Shown: in pieces, positions 56,364 through 64,000 of the stretch | How positions within the stretch are numbered: the stretch's first letter is position 1 | Layout of the letters: the number at the start of each line of letters is the position of its first letter | Notes under the pieces: model-generated | What the model was told of the DNA's origin: nothing | Database searches by the model: none | Seen by the model: only the letters and a program-made list of their open reading frames with translations | Program-made: the position numbers and the translations under genes | Virus record (IMG/VR): IMGVR_UViG_3300005095_000179 | Location: 13,138-77,137 of that record | Length of the DNA: 64,000 nt | Direction: 5' to 3' (one strand) | Origin: a virus

Positions 56364-59015
56364 CTAACTTATCAACTTTGAATGTACTAATGTCTTCTTA
56401 CTTAAGTAATGAGCACCACCACGCTTTTTATACCCAATTTTCCTCAAGAAAGAACTGAAGTCACCCCACCCTATTTTAGAATCAACTTCCTTAGACTCAA
56501 GTGTAGTAATTTTGTCTTTTAACCTTATCTTGTTTTTCTTCAACTTTAGTAAGTATCTAAAATACTGGATTTGAGAATTTTCTGTTGGGTTCTCTGATAT
56601 CAAAAAGCTGATAAGATTTTCTATCTTATTTACATCACTTGTAAGGAAGAATTTTAATTTCTTAAGTTTTTGGATGTACTTAAACCCACTTGTGATTTCT
56701 AATTCAGTCAATTCTTTTAGAGTATCTTTATTAACTTTAGGTTTTAAAGTGGATTTAATTTCAGACATTAATTTTTGAACCGTTTCTTTCCTACTAGAAA
56801 TGTAATTCCTATTGGAAAAATCTTCTAGGACTGATTCTGAATATTCTATTTCTTTAAGACCATTCAGTACAGAAACCAATTCTTGTTCTTCTTTAATTTT
56901 ATTTTCTTTCTTTATAGAAGAAATGTCTATTATTTTACACTTTACTAACTTTTTCTCATTTTTGAATTGGTGTTTTAGTAATAGTTCAAAACTATGTTTA
57001 TGATCATTTTCTAATTTATTGTGAATTATCTCTACCTCATTCACAAATTCTCCTAATTTCGATAGTTTAAAATCCCCATAATCGTCTATATCTATGAGAA
57101 GAGAAGAGTTACTTTTCTTATAGAACTTTTCAATATTGGAATTTACCTCATCATTTAGATTTTCTATTGAAGTTTCTAAATGTTTCTTCCTTTCTTTGAT
57201 GAAATAGTGGATATTACTAGCCTTTCTATTTCTTCTTATCATTTGGATAGAACTAACTACATCAACACTTGTACTTTCGTCTATATGAAAATGGTGATTA
57301 GACTTATTAAGAATACTAACTCCAACTGTTAGGGTTGGAGTGAATATCAGTGTGTCCCACCTATCATGTGTTTCAGATTCAAATATCTTATAAATGTCTT
57401 CCTTTTCTTCTTCAGTTGTTTCTGCCGTAAGGATGATAGTCTTCAGTCCATTTTCTTCACATAAACTTTTAATCGCTTGAGCTACATTTTTTGCGGCACA
57501 ACTTACAGTCACTTTATTTCCAGTCTTTCTTTCTTCTAGTGAAGTATGAAGAATGGAATAAGCTATTTCTTCAGTTGACCTATATTCATAGATAGAAGCT
57601 TCTTCTCTATAATCATTTATAATAGCGTATTTTGGTTTTGTTGGTATTAGTCTATCTTCTATACCAAATAGAAATGCGTCAGCAATCATGGTTCTTTTTG
57701 TTCTCATTGCATACATCAACTTCACTTTATTCAAGTTCCCGTAATCGCTTTTAGAACTTCTAGAATGGAGCATAATTGAAACGAATTCATCTAAGACAAC
57801 TACATCAAAGTGTTTTAGGCTATATCTCCACAGTGAATCATATTGGACTATAAGGTCATCACCAATTTCATAATTACCATCTGAATACATTTTGATGTCG
57901 TATTTAGATTTAAAATCTTTAGCGACTGATATCCTATTTGTTATAAGGATAACTTTCAATTCTTTTTCTCTACTAATCTGAATAACTTTATCTATAATAT
58001 TGGATTTCCCAGTACCCATCGCTGATTTCAGTTTAAATAATCCATCATTTTCTAACCATTCTTGTATTAAAGTTTCTTCTCTATCCCCGACTTCTATGTA
58101 TTTTTTATTCATTGAAATGCATTTATCGTAATACCCAGTACCTGAGAATTCTGTTTCTCTTTCTTTCTTAGTTCTTTCTTCTAAATATTTTTGGACAGGA
58201 GTTTTATCCTTGATGGAATTTAGGATATTGAATGACTTTTCTTTATTAAAGTGATGAAGTATAAACGGATAATTCAAGAACATGAAATACCCGTTGTTTG
58301 TCTTTTCATTCGGGTGAGAAAATGAAATTAGCCCTCTTTCTTCTACAAAATTCACAGGAGTGAATCCTCTTTTAGAGTATTCTTCTACACATATTTTTAC
58401 AATATCATCATCTACATCTATTTCTACCCCAAATGCTTCATATGGTTTCTCTTCTTCTATAACCTCTGCTTTTGGTATGTACTTCCCTTTCTGTAGTAAT
58501 AAGACTCCTTCAGAGAAAGAAGGGGCTTGATAAGCTGCTTCATTAATACTTGTAAAATCTATTTTACAATATTCATATAAGTGTTTATTAATTTCCTTTA
58601 AAATATAAGACACACTCGCTTTGTTATTGAAACCACTAGCTTTTATAATACCTTTCATATTGAATGTATCAACACCATTCCAACTTCTAGAAGGGATTAT
58701 TCCTACATAAAAATCATTTTCTTTAAAGAAATCTAAAATTTTATTTTGGGAGTATCTCGAGTTTACTCTATCAAAATCTATAATAATGAACTCTAAGGTT
58801 TTTGACAAATATTCTTCTAAATCTTTCTTAGTTCTCCTTAGTCTTTTCACTCCATCGAAAGAATAATTTCTGTTCAATACAAAATCATTTCTTAAATATT
58901 CCAATGATTCTTCAATTGAAACTTCGATATTTCTGAACTCGAATGTCTTATCGCCAAACGGTGATTTAGCGAATTTGGAAGATGTGAATTCAGTATCGAA
59001 TACGGTGATTTTCAT
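56364..59015 (-). CDS. SF2 helicase, replication-origin-binding (UL9-like) type, with possible primase-like N-terminal domain
   Basis: SAMGTGKS, ITNRIS, QYDSL, LDEF, TPTLTVGVS and QMIRRNR; N-terminal IIDFD. Confidence 0.75.
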   Translation of the reverse strand: MKITVFDTEFTSSKFAKSPFGDKTFEFRNIEVSIEESLEYLRNDFVLNRNYSFDGVKRLRRTKKDLEEYLSKTLEFIIIDFDRVNSRYSQNKILDFFKENDFYVGIIPSRSWNGVDTFNMKGIIKASGFNNKASVSYILKEINKHLYEYCKIDFTSINEAAYQAPSFSEGVLLLQKGKYIPKAEVIEEEKPYEAFGVEIDVDDDIVKICVEEYSKRGFTPVNFVEERGLISFSHPNEKTNNGYFMFLNYPFILHHFNKEKSFNILNSIKDKTPVQKYLEERTKKERETEFSGTGYYDKCISMNKKYIEVGDREETLIQEWLENDGLFKLKSAMGTGKSNIIDKVIQISREKELKVILITNRISVAKDFKSKYDIKMYSDGNYEIGDDLIVQYDSLWRYSLKHFDVVVLDEFVSIMLHSRSSKSDYGNLNKVKLMYAMRTKRTMIADAFLFGIEDRLIPTKPKYAIINDYREEASIYEYRSTEEIAYSILHTSLEERKTGNKVTVSCAAKNVAQAIKSLCEENGLKTIILTAETTEEEKEDIYKIFESETHDRWDTLIFTPTLTVGVSILNKSNHHFHIDESTSVDVVSSIQMIRRNRKASNIHYFIKERKKHLETSIENLNDEVNSNIEKFYKKSNSSLLIDIDDYGDFKLSKLGEFVNEVEIIHNKLENDHKHSFELLLKHQFKNEKKLVKCKIIDISSIKKENKIKEEQELVSVLNGLKEIEYSESVLEDFSNRNYISSRKETVQKLMSEIKSTLKPKVNKDTLKELTELEITSGFKYIQKLKKLKFFLTSDVNKIENLISFLISENPTENSQIQYFRYLLKLKKNKIRLKDKITTLESKEVDSKIGWGDFSSFLRKIGYKKRGGAHYLSKKTLVHSKLIS

Positions 59016-59076
59016 TCTTACTCCTTGTAAAATTAAGTATAGTCGTATATTTTTAAAAAAGACTTAAGGAATTAAT

Positions 59077-60153
59077 GTGAAGCACATTTTATTAATTTTA
59101 ACTACTATTTTTATCATTGGTTGTGGTAATAGTGATACTGAAAATAAAGACACACCCACCACTAGATGTCCATCAGCTCAAAATATCATCTTAGATAATG
59201 ATAACTTTGACCCAGACTGGTTGGTTACTTTAATTACTGCAATTGGACTAGACCAAAACTGTGAAATAAACCTTCTTGGGGTGATGGTCAATGGTACTGA
59301 TACTCACGGAAGGTCTGGTCTAATGTATCAATCAGTTCTTACATATTATGGGATACAAGATAGGGTTCCAGTTGGTATTAACCATACTTTGCCAATGAGA
59401 ACGACTCCAACAGACGCAACAGCACCATATCCTAAATTAGACCCAGAGTATAAAGGACAAGAAAGAGATATATCTGAATTTGAGAATGATGGGCTGTACG
59501 ATTATCAAAGACCAGATGTAACCGACTTGTTGTGTGAAATTTTACAAAATAACGAACATATTATATATGTCACTGGCGGCCATCTTCAGAATATCCATTC
59601 TTTATTACTCACTGATAAATGTGATGGTAATGAACTTATTAGAACTAAAATAGATAAATTCATCTTTGGTACTGGATACCACAAACGAACAGAAGGAAAA
59701 CCAGAAATGAACTTTTCTCAAGGAGAGTATAGAACTACTCCAGCTTCTGTTTCTGCTAATTTTGTCTTCGACTCTGGTATCTCTACAAATACACCATTTA
59801 GGTTTCCGACTGATGGTTATTCTTGGCATAAGTCACTAAGAATAGGTGACCAATATAAAGAAAATACCCATACAGAAAGCCCAATGGCTTTCATTTACGC
59901 TGTTCCAAGGTACGGAGTTTGGGGAGACCACGGAGCAGGTGATTCAGCAGCTGTATTTGCTTCTATTGGCTATTTTAGTGATTATATGACTCCAGAAAAT
60001 CAAGTGTGTATCAATCTAAATAAAACAAACGCTATTATTAAAATAGAAAATGGTTCTTGTAATCATTACATCACTAATATCACTAATGGTAATTTTACAT
60101 CAGCGATGGCGAATAAAATCAATCAATTAATGAATCAACCTTCACTGAAATAG
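59077..60153 (+). CDS. lipoprotein with nucleoside-hydrolase-like fold
   Basis: Signal peptide with IIG|C lipobox; IILDND..DPD, LLGV, VPVG, TGGHLQNI and EMNF motifs; AAGGA RBS. Confidence 0.65.
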   Translation: MKHILLILTTIFIIGCGNSDTENKDTPTTRCPSAQNIILDNDNFDPDWLVTLITAIGLDQNCEINLLGVMVNGTDTHGRSGLMYQSVLTYYGIQDRVPVGINHTLPMRTTPTDATAPYPKLDPEYKGQERDISEFENDGLYDYQRPDVTDLLCEILQNNEHIIYVTGGHLQNIHSLLLTDKCDGNELIRTKIDKFIFGTGYHKRTEGKPEMNFSQGEYRTTPASVSANFVFDSGISTNTPFRFPTDGYSWHKSLRIGDQYKENTHTESPMAFIYAVPRYGVWGDHGAGDSAAVFASIGYFSDYMTPENQVCINLNKTNAIIKIENGSCNHYITNITNGNFTSAMANKINQLMNQPSLK

Positions 60154-60684
60154 CGACTTAATTGTGCTGTAGACTTTCTTTAATTCTTTAGAAGAATTTT
60201 CTTTCTTGAGAATTCTTCTTAATTTTCTTTTCAGAATTTTATAGTTTACGGTTGTTCTTCTGTATGGGTATGTGTTTTTTACCCAACTAATGAATTCCAT
60301 TAGTAGTTCGTAAAGAGTTTTAAACCAATCTATGGTAAGTAATTTATCCTTAGAAAATGAAAATACCCAAAATGTTAATCCAGCAACTGGGATTTTCATA
60401 GCGTAAATGATTGCTCCCATAACAAGATGTCCAGAAATTACTAAAGCACCAGACCTAATTCCCATTAATTCAGCAATTATAAGAGGGATGATAAATACGA
60501 CCAATGTAGGGTATGGGTCAAGTTCAGTAATTGTCTTTTTGACACCTTCTAATGCCTTCAGGCTCCTCAACCAATTCTTAAACGGTAGTGCTAGTTTCTT
60601 CCAAATCAATTCTTCGAAAAATATGAATCCTATGACAAGGATTACTTCTGTAGAGACTTTTATCAATTTCCAAATTTTATTCAT
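60142..60684 (-). CDS. membrane protein
   Basis: Three hydrophobic segments; FEELIW motif. Confidence 0.7.
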   Translation of the reverse strand: MNKIWKLIKVSTEVILVIGFIFFEELIWKKLALPFKNWLRSLKALEGVKKTITELDPYPTLVVFIIPLIIAELMGIRSGALVISGHLVMGAIIYAMKIPVAGLTFWVFSFSKDKLLTIDWFKTLYELLMEFISWVKNTYPYRRTTVNYKILKRKLRRILKKENSSKELKKVYSTIKSLFQ

Positions 60685-61667
60685 TTAAAGCTTTCCTTCC
60701 TTTCTTTTCGCTTTTCTCGCCAATTCTTTTCTTTCAATACCTTTTCTCTGAAAATCTGTTTTACCTTTTTCTTAAATGGTATATCTTTCTTTCTTCTGTT
60801 TTCTTTGTATTCATTTCTTCTTATGAGAATTTCTTCTCTTGAATTGATATGGATTTCTCTATGTTTAAGTATTCTTTCTCTCTTATTGAGATGTTTATAG
60901 AGTTTATTTTCTAACCAAAGATTGAATTTTATAGATTTTACTATCATGAAATGCTTTGGGTTGAACCCAGTTTTTGATATCAATAAATTCAAAAAATCTA
61001 ATAGATTTCCAAGAGATTTAATCACTTTCGTAACACCGTCTATGAACATCTCTCCATATTTGTATTTAGAAATCCAATCAATGAAGTAATTCAACATAGT
61101 GACTTGGAATAAGAAAGTTACTAATGATACTCCTATATTATACCCAATGGAAATAAAATCAAATAGCGTAGAGAAAAACGGGATGACAGCAGCATAAAGT
61201 AGTTTTTGGAAAGCAGTACTCACTACTTTTGTCCAAAACACATACACGATTGGGATTGACATCAATGAAGTCCCTATCACCTTTATCTTCTTAGCTGGTG
61301 GACTATCCTTCAATTCCTTCATCTTCATTTTAGAATAATAAAGGGTATTGTTTTTGTATCTAGAAAATGAATGTTCGGTGAAATACTTGGTGAATGAGTC
61401 TATTGCGTGTCTTTTCAATAACACCATAATTGTGGTGGAAATAATAACTTTTTTACCACCAGCATTTATAATAGCCTTTCCTAAAGTTTTTGCACCGTGC
61501 GTCTTTATTCCAAGACCAGTCTTTAGGATGAATAACCCAATGATTTCCCACCATTCTAGGTAATAAATCACACAAATAAGAAGAATAACTAGGAATAAAG
61601 TCAAGAAAAGTACCTTATTTTCATTCACGAAAGAAAGGAAGGTCTTTTCTTCCTTTCTAAAAGGCAT
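60681..61667 (-). CDS. membrane protein with basic C-terminus
   Basis: Several transmembrane-like segments; overlapping start/stop with neighbours. Confidence 0.7.
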   Translation of the reverse strand: MPFRKEEKTFLSFVNENKVLFLTLFLVILLICVIYYLEWWEIIGLFILKTGLGIKTHGAKTLGKAIINAGGKKVIISTTIMVLLKRHAIDSFTKYFTEHSFSRYKNNTLYYSKMKMKELKDSPPAKKIKVIGTSLMSIPIVYVFWTKVVSTAFQKLLYAAVIPFFSTLFDFISIGYNIGVSLVTFLFQVTMLNYFIDWISKYKYGEMFIDGVTKVIKSLGNLLDFLNLLISKTGFNPKHFMIVKSIKFNLWLENKLYKHLNKRERILKHREIHINSREEILIRRNEYKENRRKKDIPFKKKVKQIFREKVLKEKNWREKRKERKESFK

Positions 61668-62299
61668 TATTCTTCCTCCGTTTCACCATCATCTTCGTTA
61701 TCTTCATGAGAATTTTCACCAAATCCACCACCGTCTTTATTCACTCCAGTGACTCCGTGGAAGAATTTTCTGAAATGTGGCCAAACTCCGCCTATGAATA
61801 GAATGATGAACACGCTCCATTTAGAAAGTACTCCAACCGTTGCCCAATCAATCTTATCAAACATTTTCAGATATGCTATGATACCTCCTGAGACCATAGA
61901 AATACCGACGATTCCAATTAAATTTAGTGTAGAAGCTGAAAGAGATAGCATATAAAACGCTACTAAAACAAGTGAAAGACCACTTAGTGGGTAAACAATA
62001 TCATTCGGAGAATTCACTGAAAACAAAGCAAGAGCCACAGTTGAAATTGCTAGAAAGAAAGTGATTAGAATCTTCTTGATGTTATTCATAGTACCTTTCC
62101 CGTAGTAAGTCTTTCCCACGTAAAGAGTTACAATTGTTCCTAAGACAACTCCGAAGTTCATCAATCGTTGGTTCATTTCTAGATTTGAAACTACATTAAA
62201 CCAATATTCAAACAGGAAAACTGAAATTCCTGCCAGTGCGAGGTTAATCATTCCGATCAAAAGTTCCCTTTTATGGGAAGTTTGGTGTGTTGTGTTCAT
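61667..62299 (-). CDS. multi-pass membrane protein
   Basis: About six hydrophobic segments and an acidic tail. Confidence 0.7.
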   Translation of the reverse strand: MNTTHQTSHKRELLIGMINLALAGISVFLFEYWFNVVSNLEMNQRLMNFGVVLGTIVTLYVGKTYYGKGTMNNIKKILITFFLAISTVALALFSVNSPNDIVYPLSGLSLVLVAFYMLSLSASTLNLIGIVGISMVSGGIIAYLKMFDKIDWATVGVLSKWSVFIILFIGGVWPHFRKFFHGVTGVNKDGGGFGENSHEDNEDDGETEEE

Positions 62300-62350
62300 T
62301 TTTATCCTTTGAATTTTTTATAAATGATACTATGTTAGATTAAAGATATC

Positions 62351-62785
62351 TTATTTGTGATTATTGAGTTTCTTTAGAGTTTCCATACTATAAACCATAG
62401 CATCAGTCTCCTCTACTTCCTTTGGGATTTTAATTTTCCTAGAAAGTTCCATTTTAGGTTTCTGATTCCTTTCAAACCTCATAATTTTTTGATAAATAAG
62501 TTTTCCATCCATTGTTGCGATACTCAATATCTCGTCTAAGTCCACTAATCTTTCATATTCATTTTCTCCAAAAGCGACAGTAATGAATAGTCCGTCATCA
62601 ACCAAATAACTATTTTCTAGAGACCAACCTACTATGTCCAATACAATAGTTGGTTGAGATTTGAGATTTTCTGGTAATTCGTAATTCCAATTATCATTAT
62701 TCTCTAAAAGCAACTTGTATCCGCTTTGAGATTCAGCTTCTATAACTGACTTTATAAGACTCTTTTGGATATTTGTGTGTTTCAT
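62351..62785 (-). CDS. SspB-like (ClpXP adaptor fold) protein
   Basis: LPENL..PTIVLDI...DDGLFITVAFG...VDLDEILSI resembles SspB. Confidence 0.5.
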   Translation of the reverse strand: MKHTNIQKSLIKSVIEAESQSGYKLLLENNDNWNYELPENLKSQPTIVLDIVGWSLENSYLVDDGLFITVAFGENEYERLVDLDEILSIATMDGKLIYQKIMRFERNQKPKMELSRKIKIPKEVEETDAMVYSMETLKKLNNHK

Positions 62786-63582
62786 TTCATTTCCTGAGTT
62801 TCTTTGGATTTAGGTTTATAAGAACCAAATTTCATCATCTCACCTGAAAATTCTTGCCCTGAGGTTTCTTCACAGATACCCTTCTTTCTATATTCACAAT
62901 AATCACAAAGTTTACTTTCTTTCTTAGGAAAACTTTTACTTGTTTCCACATCGATTATCTTTTCTAGAACCTTTTTAGTGAGTTTCGGTAGAAATTCTCT
63001 TTTGAATTTATAACTTTTTACACACTTTTCGTCGTTTGGGTGTTCTACATAAACAAATGCAGTATCTACCACATCTACATCTTGGTACTTGTTAAAAGCC
63101 CACACAGCATACATAATTAGTTGAAGTGGTGCTGGGAATGAGCTAATTTTCCCAGTCTTCCAATCAGCGACATAGATAGTGTTCCCATCTTTTATGAAGT
63201 GGTCTATTTTTCCTCTGAATAGTGCTTCTTTGTCATGATAGTAACAAGGCACTAATTCACCGCCACTCTTTTTCATCCCAAATTCAACTTCAGCTTTAGT
63301 TTGAAAATTAGGGTCAAAATAAAACTTTCCCCACTTAGAGTTTTTGAAGTTTTCGTATATTGAAATACATTCTTGTTTAATTTTTTCGTCTATTAATTCA
63401 AACTTAAATTCTGTCGGTTTAGATTTTGTGTCATTCTCGAGAAGGAGATGAATGAAACTCCCCCTCTCAGTTGCGAGATTAGGAACCCATACTCTCAGTT
63501 TTTGAATGTAGTTGAATTCAAATTTCTTAGGACACATTTCAAAAGAATTTATCTTTGAAAAACTGTATGGGGCGAACTTCAT
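62782..63582 (-). CDS. Cas4-like / RecB-family PD-(D/E)XK nuclease
   Basis: SFSKI..FEMCP, GSFIH, GKID...DWKTG, QLIMY, and CDYC...C (Fe-S ligand pattern). Confidence 0.88.
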   Translation of the reverse strand: MKFAPYSFSKINSFEMCPKKFEFNYIQKLRVWVPNLATERGSFIHLLLENDTKSKPTEFKFELIDEKIKQECISIYENFKNSKWGKFYFDPNFQTKAEVEFGMKKSGGELVPCYYHDKEALFRGKIDHFIKDGNTIYVADWKTGKISSFPAPLQLIMYAVWAFNKYQDVDVVDTAFVYVEHPNDEKCVKSYKFKREFLPKLTKKVLEKIIDVETSKSFPKKESKLCDYCEYRKKGICEETSGQEFSGEMMKFGSYKPKSKETQEMK

Positions 63583-63590
63583 GTCTTTCC

Positions 63591-63980
63591 TTAATCGTTA
63601 ATCGATTGACTTTCTGTTTGTTTGATTAGAGCAAGTACATCATCAAAACCAGTACTTTCAATAGCGATGGTGTAAAGTCTATTAACGATGTAACCTCTAA
63701 CATTTTCTAGAGCTTTGTGGTCATAGAATTGTTTTAGGATCACAAGTGCGCCAAGGACAGCTACGAGTTCAGTTACTTCGTTTTTATATTTCATTTTCTT
63801 AGAAACCTTAGCGATAGTTCTGTCCAGGAAAGAGATATTTACGATTGTTCTTCCAACTGTCGCCTTAATGTTGTTATAGAGCATTCTACCAAGAGCAATA
63901 TCTGCTGCTCCACTTTGGTTCATTAGTTCTTTAATTTCTCTCACGATTACGTCCTTTGTGTTAGTTAGTGTTGTTTTCAT
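63591..63980 (-). CDS. hypothetical protein
   Basis: 129-aa ORF, co-oriented with neighbours. Confidence 0.6.
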   Translation of the reverse strand: MKTTLTNTKDVIVREIKELMNQSGAADIALGRMLYNNIKATVGRTIVNISFLDRTIAKVSKKMKYKNEVTELVAVLGALVILKQFYDHKALENVRGYIVNRLYTIAIESTGFDDVLALIKQTESQSIND

Positions 63981-64000
63981 AGTTTTTCTTTTTTTTTTTT

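Noticed and set aside
135-61955. Many short plus-strand and nested ORFs in the track (e.g. 135..494, 29270..29932, 31420..31941, 43376..43828)
   Set aside because: Antisense or alternate-frame shadows of well-supported genes, with no recognisable motifs.
1-64000. tRNA/rRNA genes, integrase or transposase
   Set aside because: None recognised by eye; tRNAscan was not run.
63989-64000. Poly-T run as a phase-variable tract
   Set aside because: Truncated at the window edge; could be a sequencing or contig-end artefact.

Overview
This 64-kb window is part of a large, AT-rich, T4-superfamily-type myovirus genome. Almost all genes lie on the minus strand. Read in transcription order (right to left) it contains: a Cas4-like nuclease and several membrane or host-like genes; an SF2 origin-binding-type helicase; a type II topoisomerase (gp39+60 and gp52); packaging genes; portal, protease-scaffold, capsid and neck; sheath, tube, tape measure and baseplate; and a long modular tail-fibre/adhesin region. 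A TTAAATA late-promoter motif precedes most structural gene blocks. A Campylobacterota host is inferred from protein-family resemblance only. The most notable feature is a fractured large terminase. Its two halves lie about 3.4 kb apart and carry an atypically split intein (27-aa IntN, 132-aa IntC) inserted in the Walker A motif. Between the halves are a Hef/Vsr-like homing endonuclease, a DUF285 gene, and an unannotated 53-aa ORF ending in a Cys-less copy of the IntN tail (a possible intein decoy or regulator). Other candidates: a symmetric non-coding element with divergent late promoters and a palindromic 20-22 bp motif that recurs inside a gene 5.3 kb away; a duplicated receptor-module cassette frameshifted at the same site in both copies; and a 57-aa mini-protein that shares a peptide with the capsid protein N-terminus. 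All assignments are by eye; no database searches were run.
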